The notes beneath the pieces were generated by a model. It was not told the DNA's origin and searched no databases. It worked only from the letters and a program-made list of their open reading frames with translations. From NCBI GenBank assembly GCA_017991635.1, contig JAGOQE010000001.1:131965-195964 (forward strand): a stretch of DNA of 64,000 nucleotides, in the 5' to 3' direction. The position numbers and the translations under genes were made by a program. How positions within the stretch are numbered: the stretch's first letter is position 1; every line of letters starts with the position of its first letter. Source of the stretch: Minisyncoccota bacterium. Lineage in GTDB: Bacteria; Patescibacteriota; Minisyncoccia; Phycocordibacterales; Phycocordibacteraceae. This document shows, one piece after another, positions 1 to 10,109 of the stretch.

Positions 1-1042
1 CAAAAGGATTCCTTGCTCCACGCACCTCAAAATGCAAGTGATTTCCGGTTGAACGTCCTGTTGAGCCTACATAGCCAATAAGTTGACCCTTATCAACTCC
101 GCCAAGAGAAGCGGCGACGCTCGACATGTGGGCATAGAGTGTCTGTGTTCCGTTGCCATGATCAATTACCACGTAGCTTCCGTACCCGCCGTTATATCCT
201 GAACTCTTTGCAATGATAACGGTTCCGCCTGCAGCAGCATAGATAGGAGTTCCGGATGGAGCACCAATATCTACACCATTGTAACCATGGAGACCTTGTG
301 TGAGTCGTCCTCCAGGAAGAGGATTCCCGAAGAATCCTGAAATTGCAGGGAGGACCTTAGAAGCGACTGCTTTCTTGGCCGTCTTCTTAGTTGAGGCCAC
401 TGCGGTTTTTGGTACTTCACCGCCGGGGATAATAAGTGTCTCGCCCTGAGTAAGTCCAGCTCCAGCATCGATGCCATTGTAAATAGCAATATCTTCCGCA
501 TCACCGCCGTACTTCTTGGCTACTGAAGCCAACGTTTCACCTTTCTGAATCTTGTGTTGTACGCCAGAAACAGGGAGGATGAGGAGCGTCATGCCTGGCT
601 TTATGGTCTTTGCGTCCTTAATATCATTTGCCCACAAAATAGTGTTTGTAGAAACACCGAAGGTGGAAGCAATTTCTGATAGGGAGTCACCCTCCTCAAC
701 CGTGTAGGTAGTAATAGTTCCCTTGGCTGGTCGGCTTTCTATATCAGCAAGGGTACCTTCAGGACCACCGTTTGCGATAAGAGCACTGCCCTCAGTAATA
801 GCGATAGCAATAGTTCCTTTATTTGGGTTTGGGTCAGAGTGAAGTGCTGGCTCCAATAGGTCAATGCTTGGGTCGTGCACCACAGCGGTCTGAGGTTCTT
901 CAGCAGCAAAGGCGAATGTGAACGGCCAAAAACCCTTTACTTTTTCCGGAGAAAGTAAGAAAAATACGCCCAGGGTAAGCGTAGCGGTACACGTAATCGT
1001 GGTAAGTGTCTTGTATGTGCTCTTCTGGCGAGAAACTAACAT
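1..1042 (-). CDS. Secreted LysM (x2) + M23 family metallopeptidase, partial (C-terminus runs off window start)
   Basis: Hand translation of minus strand from ATG at 1042: N-terminal hydrophobic segment, two LysM-like blocks (YTVEEGDSLSEIASTFGVSTNTILWANDI; HKIQKGETLASVAKKYGG), then M23 signature (GVDIGAPSGTPIYAAAGG ... HGNGTQTLYAHMS ... GSTGRSTGNHLHFEV). Not in ORF track because no stop inside window. Confidence 0.75.
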   Translation of the reverse strand, partial: MLVSRQKSTYKTLTTITCTATLTLGVFFLLSPEKVKGFWPFTFAFAAEEPQTAVVHDPSIDLLEPALHSDPNPNKGTIAIAITEGSALIANGGPEGTLADIESRPAKGTITTYTVEEGDSLSEIASTFGVSTNTILWANDIKDAKTIKPGMTLLILPVSGVQHKIQKGETLASVAKKYGGDAEDIAIYNGIDAGAGLTQGETLIIPGGEVPKTAVASTKKTAKKAVASKVLPAISGFFGNPLPGGRLTQGLHGYNGVDIGAPSGTPIYAAAGGTVIIAKSSGYNGGYGSYVVIDHGNGTQTLYAHMSSVAASLGGVDKGQLIGYVGSTGRSTGNHLHFEVRGARNPF

Positions 1043-1196
1043 TCCAGAAGCGTTGTTTGGGTGGTCCAAAATAGTGTTGTAAAGGAAGGTCAGCGTGTCG
1101 GTCGTGTACAAAAATGGCTAAAATACGCCATTTCTTTCATTCATTCGTATCGAGGTAACAGAGAGAGTATACCTCTCGAAAAGAAGCGGTCAACGC

Positions 1197-3200
1197 TTGA
1201 CAAAGGCACCTGTTGAAAACCTAATATATGGGTTTTTTGATGTGCACATACCTTATATATATGGGGATAGTACCCAAAGCGGTATAGTAAGGGTCGTGCA
1301 TTACCTTGATGAACTCAACCCGGCCCAAAAAGAAGCGGTCCTTACAACACTCGGCCCAGTTTCTGTACTTGCGGGAGCAGGCTCGGGCAAGACCAAGGTG
1401 CTAACATCTCGTATCTACCACCTCATTCGTGAGGGTGTACTTCCCCAGAACATTCTGGCAGTTACCTTTACTAACAAGGCCGCACGAGAAATGCGGGAAC
1501 GCTTGCGGACACGTCTTGGAGACGAAGGACCGCTTCCTTTTGTAGCAACCTTTCATGGTCTTGGTCGTGAACTGCTTGAGGAACATGGTCGTGTACTTGA
1601 TGTGCCTCGCTATTTCACCATCTGGGACCGCGACGATAGCGAGCGCGCAGTTAAAGAAGCTTTGAAGACCTTGGATGTTGACCCGAAGGAAGTTCCGCCT
1701 CGAGGTATTCTTTCCCAAATCAGTAAGGCCAAAGGTGCTGGCATGACTCGAGGAGAGTACAAGCAACAGCACGCACATAAAAGTTTTAGAAACAGAATTA
1801 CGAGCGAAGCGTGGGGACACTACGAGAATTTACTTAAGAAGGAAAAGTCACTTGATTTTGATGACTTGATTATGTTGCCGGTGAAAATGCTTCGTGAACA
1901 TGCCGACATTAGAAATGCAGTACAAGAACGTTTTCACTACATTCATATTGACGAGTTTCAAGACACGAACGAACTACAAGGAGAACTTGCATCACTACTT
2001 TCTGGAAGCAAGAGAAACCTTTTTGTAGTGGGGGATATAGATCAAACTATTTATACCTGGCGTGGAGCAACTATTGATAACTTGCTCTCTTTTGAAAAAA
2101 CCTACCCTGATGCAAAGACTATTGTGCTCGGACACAACTACCGCTCAACTAAAACTATCGTCACCGCTTCAAACCAAATTATTGAGAAGAACAGCAACCG
2201 AAAAGAAAAGGTGGCAACAACAGACAATGCTGATGGGGAAGAGATTCTTGTGTTAATGGCACAGAATGCTGAAGGCGAGGCACGTCTTATTGCGAAAGAA
2301 ATAAAACAAGCACTACGGGGTGGAACTTCACCGGAAGAAATTGCAGTGCTCTTTCGTACAAACTTTCAATCACGTGTTTTAGAGGAGGCGTTCTTGCACG
2401 CAGGTGTGCCTTACAAACTCTTAGGTACTCGATTCTTTGACCGCAAGGAAGTGAAAGATGTTCTCGCATGGATTCGTCTTGCCCTTGATCCCACCCGCGA
2501 AGTTGACCGCGTGCGTGCGGTGCAGGCGCCACCCCGAGGCATCGGAAAAGTTACTCTAGGAAAACTTACGGCAGGGAAGCGGGAAGACCTTCGTCCGGGA
2601 GAAGTGAAGAAAGTACAGGCTTTTGAAGACACGGTGCATGCACTTAATGCCTTTCTTCCAGGCTGTTTACCGTCAGTGTTTGTTCAGAAAGTAGTGAAGG
2701 AAAGCGGACTTGAGACCACCCTCATGAAGGGTGGGGAAGACGACCACGAACGCTTGGAAAACATTAAGGAGCTTGCAACACTAGCGACACGCTACGACCA
2801 CTTGACTGGTGAAGAAGGTATATCACTCTTGCTTGCTGACGCATCTCTTGCAAGTGATCAGGACGAACTTGATCGTGGACAACAAGGCGTAACGTTGATG
2901 ACGGTGCACGCATCAAAAGGACTTGAGTTTGACATGGTGTGCATCACCGGACTTGAAGAAGGACTATTCCCACATGAGGGTATGGGTGGGGAAGAACGAG
3001 ACGAAGAAGAGGAGCGTCGTCTATTTTATGTTGCAGTCACACGAGCGAAGAAGAAGTTAGTTCTTTCTCTTGCGCGCGTGCGTAGAATTTTTGGTACTGA
3101 CTATCTACAAGAACCTTCGTCATTTCTACAAGACATTGATGCGAGTCTTCTTACCTATGCCGAGCATGATCCGTACGCAGGATTCATAATTGAAGCATGA
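1197..3200 (+). CDS. UvrD/PcrA-family ATP-dependent DNA helicase
   Basis: Walker A AGAGSGKTKVLTSRI, motifs FTNKAAREM, DEFQDTN, VGDIDQTIY, C-terminal VAVTRAKKKL. True start may be downstream of 1197 (extended N-terminus atypical). Confidence 0.85.
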   Translation: MTKAPVENLIYGFFDVHIPYIYGDSTQSGIVRVVHYLDELNPAQKEAVLTTLGPVSVLAGAGSGKTKVLTSRIYHLIREGVLPQNILAVTFTNKAAREMRERLRTRLGDEGPLPFVATFHGLGRELLEEHGRVLDVPRYFTIWDRDDSERAVKEALKTLDVDPKEVPPRGILSQISKAKGAGMTRGEYKQQHAHKSFRNRITSEAWGHYENLLKKEKSLDFDDLIMLPVKMLREHADIRNAVQERFHYIHIDEFQDTNELQGELASLLSGSKRNLFVVGDIDQTIYTWRGATIDNLLSFEKTYPDAKTIVLGHNYRSTKTIVTASNQIIEKNSNRKEKVATTDNADGEEILVLMAQNAEGEARLIAKEIKQALRGGTSPEEIAVLFRTNFQSRVLEEAFLHAGVPYKLLGTRFFDRKEVKDVLAWIRLALDPTREVDRVRAVQAPPRGIGKVTLGKLTAGKREDLRPGEVKKVQAFEDTVHALNAFLPGCLPSVFVQKVVKESGLETTLMKGGEDDHERLENIKELATLATRYDHLTGEEGISLLLADASLASDQDELDRGQQGVTLMTVHASKGLEFDMVCITGLEEGLFPHEGMGGEERDEEEERRLFYVAVTRAKKKLVLSLARVRRIFGTDYLQEPSSFLQDIDASLLTYAEHDPYAGFIIEA

Positions 3201-3221
3201 TACTCGACCCGTTAGAGAACC

Positions 3222-4061
3222 GTGTGTTCTACAAATTACTCTAAAATGCAAAGTAAAAAATATTTACAGAATATGTTCTCTAACGGGTTGAAGCCAAAGA
3301 AATCATTGGGTCAAAACTTTTTAATGCACGCACAGACGGCGTCTCGTATTGTTCATGTTGCAGAAATTTCAAGTGAGACAACGGTACTAGAAATTGGTCC
3401 AGGGACAGGAATGCTTACTCGCGAACTTTTAAAGTCTGCCGGGAAAGTAATAGCTGTTGAGGCTGATTTTTCTCTACGCGAAAAACTTGAAGAAACTTTC
3501 GCTGAAGATATTACCTCTGAAAGACTTTCCCTTTTCTTTCAAGACATACGTTCATTTGATACGGAGACTCTCCCAAAAGAGTATGTCTTGGTCGCAAATA
3601 TTCCATATTACATAACTGGCGAAATTATTCGCATGTTTCTAACCGCTCCAAACCCACCCAAAAGCATGACTCTGCTCGTGCAGAAGGAGGTAGCTGTCCG
3701 TATTGCTCGAAGTGAAAAGGAGAGCCTGCTTTCACTTTCCGTAAAAATATTTGGAACTCCACACTATCGCTTTACCGTTCCTTCAGGTGCCTTTATTCCA
3801 CGCCCTAAGGTTGATTCAGCAGTACTGTCTATTACAGATATCAGCAATCCATTTGAAAATAGGGAAGAGGAAGCGCTCTTCTTTGAGCTTCTCCGTGCTG
3901 GATTTGCGCATAAGCGAAAAATGCTTCGTTCTAACCTGGAAAGCCTGTATAAACGAGAGCTGATTCTTGATGCATTTACTTCAGAAAATCTCTCACCGCA
4001 AGTTCGACCAGAGGAACTGAGTCTTTCAGATTGGGTGAAACTCTTTAAGAAACTTTCCTAG
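3222..4061 (+). CDS. rsmA: 16S rRNA (adenine1518/1519-N6)-dimethyltransferase RsmA/KsgA
   Basis: LGQNFL motif, SAM site VLEIGPGTGMLT, VIAVEAD, ANIPYYITGEII. Confidence 0.85.
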   Translation: MCSTNYSKMQSKKYLQNMFSNGLKPKKSLGQNFLMHAQTASRIVHVAEISSETTVLEIGPGTGMLTRELLKSAGKVIAVEADFSLREKLEETFAEDITSERLSLFFQDIRSFDTETLPKEYVLVANIPYYITGEIIRMFLTAPNPPKSMTLLVQKEVAVRIARSEKESLLSLSVKIFGTPHYRFTVPSGAFIPRPKVDSAVLSITDISNPFENREEEALFFELLRAGFAHKRKMLRSNLESLYKRELILDAFTSENLSPQVRPEELSLSDWVKLFKKLS

Positions 4062-4086
4062 GTTTTTACTGTGTGTATGAGAGTAG

Positions 4087-5121
4087 TTGCGCATTTTTGC
4101 GTGCTACTATCATCTATATATGATGGCTATTGTCCCTCCGTCTATGCGCTCTCTAAGTATTATTGGCTCAACGTTTCTTGCATTGGTGCTTATAGGAAGT
4201 GCGTATGTGCTTTCTGGTCCAAATCCCTTCAAACTTTTCACCGCAAATGCTGGGGGCACTGAAGAGCTCCTTACCTCACTCGCTAAGAAAGATGCGGACG
4301 GCGACGGCCTGCCTGACTGGCAAGAATCTCTTTACGGTACAGACCCGCAAAACCCAAACTCTGTGAAGGCCGGAATGACTGATCTTCAGGCAGTTTCAGA
4401 AGGTCTCGTGAAGCCTCGCTTTGAATCAGAGGTTACTGTTGGTGAGAGCACGGTACCCGGAACTACTGCAGGACCAAAAACTATTACTGACGAATTTGCT
4501 CGTGCACTCTTTGGCACCTATCTTAAGAACCGTGGTGCTACACAGCCCACCCCTGAAGAAATCGCCACCTTTACGCAAAACGCGGTGACGGCTCTTGCAG
4601 AACGTGAGGCAAAAATGACCGCGTACACCGAAAAAGACCTAGTAACAGGGACTTCTGGATATGAAGGTTTTAGAGCATATGCTTCTGGAGTAGATATCGC
4701 GATGGCTAAAAATGCCGTAAAGATTGAGAAGAGTAACATCGAGTATTTTGCAGATGGCGCAAATAAAGATGATGCAACAGCTCTCAAAAAGGTGAGCGAA
4801 ATTGCTGTTGGATACACCAACACTGCAAAAGCACTTACAAAGGTTGCAGTTCCGCCTGAGGGGAAGGCAGCTCACCTGCGCCTAGTAAACGCCCTTCACC
4901 GCATGGGCCTCGTGTCTGAACACCTTGCCTCTCTTCAAACCGACCCTCTTCGCGCAATGCTTGGTGTTGCTGAGCACGAAGACGCATCGCGTGAAATTGT
5001 CTCGGCAATGGCCGGTCTTAACAGCTTATTTGTTGCGCAAGGCATTTCTTTTGCGCCTGAAGAATCTGGCTACTATATAGTTCGCGCGGCTGATTCAGCC
5101 TCTAAGGTAGAGCTTCGATAA
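4087..5121 (+). CDS. Hypothetical membrane-anchored protein (first gene of T4SS-like operon); thrombospondin type-3-like Ca-binding motif
   Basis: N-terminal TM (IIGSTFLALVLIGSAYVL). DADGDGLPDWQE motif. Tightly packed with downstream + strand genes. Likely start at internal M near 4120. Confidence 0.4.
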   Translation: MRIFACYYHLYMMAIVPPSMRSLSIIGSTFLALVLIGSAYVLSGPNPFKLFTANAGGTEELLTSLAKKDADGDGLPDWQESLYGTDPQNPNSVKAGMTDLQAVSEGLVKPRFESEVTVGESTVPGTTAGPKTITDEFARALFGTYLKNRGATQPTPEEIATFTQNAVTALAEREAKMTAYTEKDLVTGTSGYEGFRAYASGVDIAMAKNAVKIEKSNIEYFADGANKDDATALKKVSEIAVGYTNTAKALTKVAVPPEGKAAHLRLVNALHRMGLVSEHLASLQTDPLRAMLGVAEHEDASREIVSAMAGLNSLFVAQGISFAPEESGYYIVRAADSASKVELR

Positions 5122-5125
5122 CACT

Positions 5126-6661
5126 ATGCCTATGACTACAAAAAAAATCCTTGCCTCACTCGTCTTTGGAGCAATGCTCGTTGTGTCTGCAGGAACTCCA
5201 CAGAAAGCAGAGGCATTTCTTGGATTTGGTGACATCGTACTCGACCCTGCAAACCTAGTTCAGACAATTATCAATGTATATCAAGAAGGGGAGGGTATAT
5301 ACAAAGAGTTTGTCCTCGATCCACTTGCGTGGGTGGTTGGAAAACAGGCCGCACAATCAGTCGTCAAAAGTGTTATTACGTGGGCTGGAAATGGTTTTGA
5401 TGGAGAACCTTCATTCGTCACCGATCTCAATTCAAATATGCTTCGTGTCGGAGACACTGTAGCTGAAGATTTTCTAAAGCAGTACATGGAGAATAATGCT
5501 GTAAATTCCCCATACCGCGACAGTATTGCAAGCTCAATTAGAAGTGATTACTACCGCTCAACTGGACCAGGTGCGTTTTTTAACTCAAACAAATATGACT
5601 TGGACCAATACTCAGAAGATCCTGCAGCTTTCACAAGTGGAGATTTTACGAAGGGTGGATGGACAGCATGGTGGGCTATTAACTCTAACCCTCAAAACAA
5701 TCCGAGAGGAGCGTATATAACGGCGCAAGGTGCCCTTGATTCTTCAGTACAGAACGCTCAAAACAATCGCTCTGAAGAGCTTGATTGGGGAAGTGGCTTT
5801 CTTGCATATCGAGGAAACTGTAACTCGTCAGGCACAGGTGGCACAGCTTCAGCACCTGAAAAGAAGACCTTTGCTGACTTCTACGCAGCACTTGGGGACC
5901 AGTACCCAAATGAAGAAGCTGCACGAAATGCTTTTGAAAACCTTGCTGCATTAGGACCGTCGGATTCTTCTGGTAGTGGCAATGCGGTTTCTCTTTCCGG
6001 AAATTATGACTGTCTCTTGAACAGCACCATTCAAACTCAAGGAGCCACCATTAAGGCAAGTGTCGACAAGGCACTTGGAAGCGGGATTGACCAGCTCGTA
6101 AGTGCTGACGAGTTTAATGAAATTGTCGGTTCGCTCTTTTCTTCTCTCATTAGTAGCGTTATGGATGAGGGTCTTTCAAATGTAAGCAAGCCTTCTTCAA
6201 GTGGTAGAAGTACGCTTGGAGACGCAACTGACCCAGGCCAGCTATCAGGTTCAAGTCTTGGCACTAGTTTTGCTAAAACAATTGATAATCAGAAGAAGCA
6301 AGTTGAAGGATACAAGGAAGACTGGGAAGCAATTAATAAAGCAGCACTTGAAACAAAGGCGGCTTGCGGTAGCAGAAATACTGATGCTGATGCGATTATC
6401 CAACAGTCTACACAAGAAATTGCACGTGCAGTTGAAGCGCTCGCCGAGCTCGATAAACTTAAAGCCAAGACGAGCTCAACGTCATCATCTGATCTTACCA
6501 GTCTGGCAGGAGAGTTTGATGCTCTTCAGAAATCAGGAACACTTCCTTCTCCAGAGGAAATCGCTGAAGCACGCCTAAACGCAATGGATAATAGTGGTGG
6601 AGATTCTATGGTGTCACAAATGAAAGAAGCGAAAAATTCTTGCCTCGTGAGAGGTTTTTAG
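5126..6661 (+). CDS. Hypothetical secreted protein with C-terminal coiled-coil (T4SS-like operon member)
   Basis: Sec-type signal peptide (MPMTTKKILASLVFGAMLVVSAGTPQKAEA). Ser/Gly/Asn-rich middle. C-terminal heptad-like region. No recognisable catalytic motif. Confidence 0.4.
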   Translation: MPMTTKKILASLVFGAMLVVSAGTPQKAEAFLGFGDIVLDPANLVQTIINVYQEGEGIYKEFVLDPLAWVVGKQAAQSVVKSVITWAGNGFDGEPSFVTDLNSNMLRVGDTVAEDFLKQYMENNAVNSPYRDSIASSIRSDYYRSTGPGAFFNSNKYDLDQYSEDPAAFTSGDFTKGGWTAWWAINSNPQNNPRGAYITAQGALDSSVQNAQNNRSEELDWGSGFLAYRGNCNSSGTGGTASAPEKKTFADFYAALGDQYPNEEAARNAFENLAALGPSDSSGSGNAVSLSGNYDCLLNSTIQTQGATIKASVDKALGSGIDQLVSADEFNEIVGSLFSSLISSVMDEGLSNVSKPSSSGRSTLGDATDPGQLSGSSLGTSFAKTIDNQKKQVEGYKEDWEAINKAALETKAACGSRNTDADAIIQQSTQEIARAVEALAELDKLKAKTSSTSSSDLTSLAGEFDALQKSGTLPSPEEIAEARLNAMDNSGGDSMVSQMKEAKNSCLVRGF

Positions 6662-6664
6662 CGC

Positions 6665-8812
6665 ATGAGTCTATTCTTTAAAAGAGTTTTCAACAGCACT
6701 CAGGGGCAAGCTTCGCTTGTTTCCCGAGTTGCTATACGCAGTGCTTCCTTTGCCCCGACCCTGCTTTTACTCTTTGTTCTTTTTGGTCTAGCAGTTCCTC
6801 ATGAGGTTCATGCTGCTGCGACATGGAATCCTCTGACCTGGCCTGGCGCCATTTTGTCAGGAGTCGCTAAGGAGTTTGCTGAGGGGGCAGGGAAGCTGTT
6901 TGCGTCCTTTTTGTTTGTGCTTGTTCAACTTATGGCCGGACTCCTTTTTGTCGTTGGCATGGGACTTAACTGGGTGGTTTTAGTAACTGTTTTTCAGTTT
7001 TCAACGTACTTTGGAAATTCTTCAGGCATGCTTCTGGCATGGACAACGCTTCGTGACCTCGCAAACATTATTCTTCTTTTTGGTTTTGTATGGATTGGTT
7101 TGCAAACGATACTCAATGTCGGACACCACTTTAGTGTAGGAAAGGCGCTTCCTCGACTTCTTATCTTTGCAATTCTTATCAACTTTAGTCTTTTTATATC
7201 TGAAGCAATTGTTGATGTTGCGAATGTATTCACGGCGGTCATGTATGAACAGGCTGGAAGCATCGACTGCAAGCAGGCAGTTAATCAGGTTGATTGCGTA
7301 AATATAGGTATTTCTGGAAACGTTATTGGCGCAATTGGATTTGGAAGTCTCTTTGAGCCTGGCGCTTTTGACGCATATAAAGAGATCTGGAACAGCAGCA
7401 CTGACCCAGGACAGGCAATCTTGGCAGGGTTCCTCTCTCTAATATTCATGATTGTACTGGTAACTGTTTTTCTTGCGGCCTCCATTATGTTACTTATTCG
7501 TTCCATTGTGCTCATTTTTGTACTAGTGCTTTCGCCTTTAGGTTTTGTTGGGATGGCAGTGCCGCAGTTTGAAGAACAGGCACAAAAGTGGTGGAAGATG
7601 CTTATATCTAACGCTTTCTTTGCTCCAGTACTATTTCTTCTTTTGTTTATTTCACTAAAAATAATGGAGGGCGCTAAGGCTACTTTTGGACAAGGGGTTT
7701 CATTTGCTGCCGCAGTAATGTCACCCGGAGTAAATATGGGTGGAATTTTAATTCTTTTTGGATTAATGATTGGCTTTATTATCTTTTCACTTATTGCCGC
7801 GAAGAGTATGGGCGCGTTCGGAGCTGATTTTGCAACAAACACAGCAGGAAAAATGACTGGAGCAATGACTCTTGGAGCTGGCGGATTTGTGGCGAGGAGA
7901 ACTGTTGGTAGAGCTGCGAATTGGGCCGAACGTAAGGTTCGAGACTCACAATTCTCAGATACAGAGTGGGGTAGAAGAACAGCGAGTGTCCTTAACAAAG
8001 GAGCTACAGCAAGCTTCGATTTACGCGGTTCTAATATGGTCAAATCAGCAGCCAAGGCAGGGAACCTTGATTTTGGTGCCGTAAGCAAGGGCGGTTCTCA
8101 TGGGTATCACGGTATAGAAGAGGCTGGAGTTAAGGTGAGAACCGATTACGCAAAAACTCTAAAAGGAAGGACTGAGACTCAAGAAGAGTTTGAAACTCGC
8201 AAGAACAGCTTGAAGGAAACCGCTGACAAAGCAGAGGAGGCGCTCATTCCCGCTCAGGAGTTTGCCGCTAATGCTGAGCGTGATGTTGAAACAAAGCAGC
8301 AAGAACTTGCTGACCTTAGATCTCAAGTTGCACGAACACCCAATAATCCAGTTCTTCAGAATAAACTTATTCAAGTGGAGCAAGAACTGACTCAAAGACA
8401 AGCTGAGAATGTTAAAGCACAAAAGGGACTTTCTGACGCAACAACCGCTCTCACTGAGGCAAGGAAGGCCGAAACTGAGGCAACAAAAGGAAGGATCACA
8501 GCAAAGCAACAACAGGAAAAGTACGCGGACATGCTTCACGACAAAGCAACAGGGGCTCTTCCTGGTGGTGTCGTTCGCTACCCAGGAGGCAGACCAAGCA
8601 CAGGGAGAGGTGTTGGTGTCACGCTCGGGGAGCATGTTTTCCACAATGCGTCAGAAGCCATTAAAAAGGAGGCTAACAAGAGCGACAATGACCGCCTAAA
8701 GGACACGATTGACGCGCTCGCAAAGAAGACGGAAAAACTCGACACCTCAGTTAAGAGTGCGGGTTCTGGTGGTGGTGATTCACATGGTGGTGGCGGCGGT
8801 GACCATCATTAG
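6665..8812 (+). CDS. VirB6/TrbL-like polytopic inner-membrane protein with long C-terminal coiled-coil and Gly/His-rich tail
   Basis: At least 6 hydrophobic helices in residues 1-400, typical of VirB6/TrbL channel proteins. Located beside VirB3/VirB4 homologues. C-terminal 250 aa Lys/Glu/Gln-rich coiled-coil ending GSGGGDSHGGGGGDHH. Confidence 0.45.
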   Translation: MSLFFKRVFNSTQGQASLVSRVAIRSASFAPTLLLLFVLFGLAVPHEVHAAATWNPLTWPGAILSGVAKEFAEGAGKLFASFLFVLVQLMAGLLFVVGMGLNWVVLVTVFQFSTYFGNSSGMLLAWTTLRDLANIILLFGFVWIGLQTILNVGHHFSVGKALPRLLIFAILINFSLFISEAIVDVANVFTAVMYEQAGSIDCKQAVNQVDCVNIGISGNVIGAIGFGSLFEPGAFDAYKEIWNSSTDPGQAILAGFLSLIFMIVLVTVFLAASIMLLIRSIVLIFVLVLSPLGFVGMAVPQFEEQAQKWWKMLISNAFFAPVLFLLLFISLKIMEGAKATFGQGVSFAAAVMSPGVNMGGILILFGLMIGFIIFSLIAAKSMGAFGADFATNTAGKMTGAMTLGAGGFVARRTVGRAANWAERKVRDSQFSDTEWGRRTASVLNKGATASFDLRGSNMVKSAAKAGNLDFGAVSKGGSHGYHGIEEAGVKVRTDYAKTLKGRTETQEEFETRKNSLKETADKAEEALIPAQEFAANAERDVETKQQELADLRSQVARTPNNPVLQNKLIQVEQELTQRQAENVKAQKGLSDATTALTEARKAETEATKGRITAKQQQEKYADMLHDKATGALPGGVVRYPGGRPSTGRGVGVTLGEHVFHNASEAIKKEANKSDNDRLKDTIDALAKKTEKLDTSVKSAGSGGGDSHGGGGGDHH

Positions 8813-8827
8813 TAGTACACTGTATTC

Positions 8828-9643
8828 ATGGATGATGAGACTGAGCAAATGCCCTTAGAGGATGCTGTTGAAGTGCTCATGGAGAGACTTCCTGTCCCTG
8901 TACAGAACTTTCTCACAAGCGAGCGCAGGAATCAGGTTATATATGAAATAAGCCAGAAGTACCGTCTACACACAGACCAGGCAGGGGACTTTGAGCGCGC
9001 TGCGCTCTTTATGCTCCTTGGTATTTATTCTCCTGAAGAGTTCCTTACAAATCTTAAGGCAGCGGGCATTCCAGAGCAGGTGGCGCAAGGGCTTACCCGC
9101 GAAGTTAACGAGAAAATATTTATACCTCTTCGCGAAGAAGAGCGCGCACTCACCGATACGGAGTCCGCACCAAAACTCAAAGAAGAGACAACTCCTGCCT
9201 ACACAGCACCGGTGATCGCGACACCACCACAACCAGATAGGGCAACCACTTTAATGCCAGAACAGACGCCAGCATGGAGCCCTCAGCAATATCCAACATC
9301 TCCTCAGTTTCAACAGCCGTTCTACGGTGGACAGGCACAGACATACTGGATTCCTGTCTCCATTTCACCTATTCAACACCCCATGAGTCCATTTCCTCAG
9401 TATGGCGGGACTCCTTATACGCAAGCACCGCAGGCACCCGCTCAAGAGATGCAAGCACCACCTCCTCTATTTCCCGCAACACCTCAACCAGAGGCAATGC
9501 GATATACTGAACCTAGCCAACCTCAAACATTAGAACCTATGCAAGACGCTTCCTCTCGCCCCGAGTCTCCAGTCACCCAAACACCTCCGCCACCCATCAA
9601 GAGGGAATACAACGGCGACCCATATAGAGAAGTTCCGTTATAG
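8828..9643 (+). CDS. Hypothetical cytoplasmic protein with Pro/Gln-rich low-complexity C-terminal half
   Basis: No TM segment. C-terminal PQ-rich segment. In T4SS-like operon. Confidence 0.35.
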   Translation: MDDETEQMPLEDAVEVLMERLPVPVQNFLTSERRNQVIYEISQKYRLHTDQAGDFERAALFMLLGIYSPEEFLTNLKAAGIPEQVAQGLTREVNEKIFIPLREEERALTDTESAPKLKEETTPAYTAPVIATPPQPDRATTLMPEQTPAWSPQQYPTSPQFQQPFYGGQAQTYWIPVSISPIQHPMSPFPQYGGTPYTQAPQAPAQEMQAPPPLFPATPQPEAMRYTEPSQPQTLEPMQDASSRPESPVTQTPPPPIKREYNGDPYREVPL

Positions 9644-9698
9644 CTTTTAAACGTTTTTTGTACTCGTTTATTGTTGTTCGTTGCTATACTACTAAGTA

Positions 9699-10106
9699 AT
9701 GGAGTATCAAGTTCCTCAATTTATAGAAGTTGAAGACAAGGTCTTTGGACCGCTTTCAATTAAACAGTTCATTTACTTGGCTGGAGGAGCAGGCCTTTGT
9801 GTTGTGCTCGCGCTGTACGTACCTAAGGTTGGAATTATCTTAGCCATACCTGTCGGCTTATTTGCTGCAGGTCTAGCGTTTTACAGAATCAATAACAAGC
9901 CTTTGGTTGATATACTTGAGTCTGCATTTACATTCTTTCTAGGCGGAAGACTCTATTTGTGGAAAAAAGAAGACCATATAGCAAGTCCTGAGAAACCTAA
10001 GGCTGTTGCACCTACTCCAACTGAACGTGAGCAAATGGGTCTTACGCGAGGCAAATTACATGACTTGGCGTGGTCACTCGACATAAAGGACACTTCTTCG
10101 AAATAA
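9699..10106 (+). CDS. PrgI-family (VirB3-like) small membrane protein
   Basis: N-terminus MEYQVPQFIEVEDKVFGPLSIKQFIYLAGGAG matches characteristic PrgI family start (xxYxVPxxIxxEDKIxGxLTxRQFxYL). Two TM segments. Sits immediately upstream of VirB4 as in Gram-positive T4SS loci. Confidence 0.6.
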   Translation: MEYQVPQFIEVEDKVFGPLSIKQFIYLAGGAGLCVVLALYVPKVGIILAIPVGLFAAGLAFYRINNKPLVDILESAFTFFLGGRLYLWKKEDHIASPEKPKAVAPTPTEREQMGLTRGKLHDLAWSLDIKDTSSK

Positions 10107-10109
10107 CAT

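Noticed and set aside
7285-8088. 267 aa minus-strand ORF inside the VirB6-like gene. Similar antisense ORFs lie at 15566-16165, 27996-28622, 29092-29607, 39935-40648, 53925-54446 and elsewhere.
   Set aside because: They lie entirely antisense to well-supported genes with clear motifs and have biased Pro/Ser/Arg-rich composition typical of shadow ORFs.
9644-9698. TATACT -10-like hexamer at 9685-9690, 8 nt before the PrgI start, as an internal promoter.
   Set aside because: No convincing -35 at proper spacing, and it would leave essentially no 5' UTR. It cannot be supported from sequence alone.
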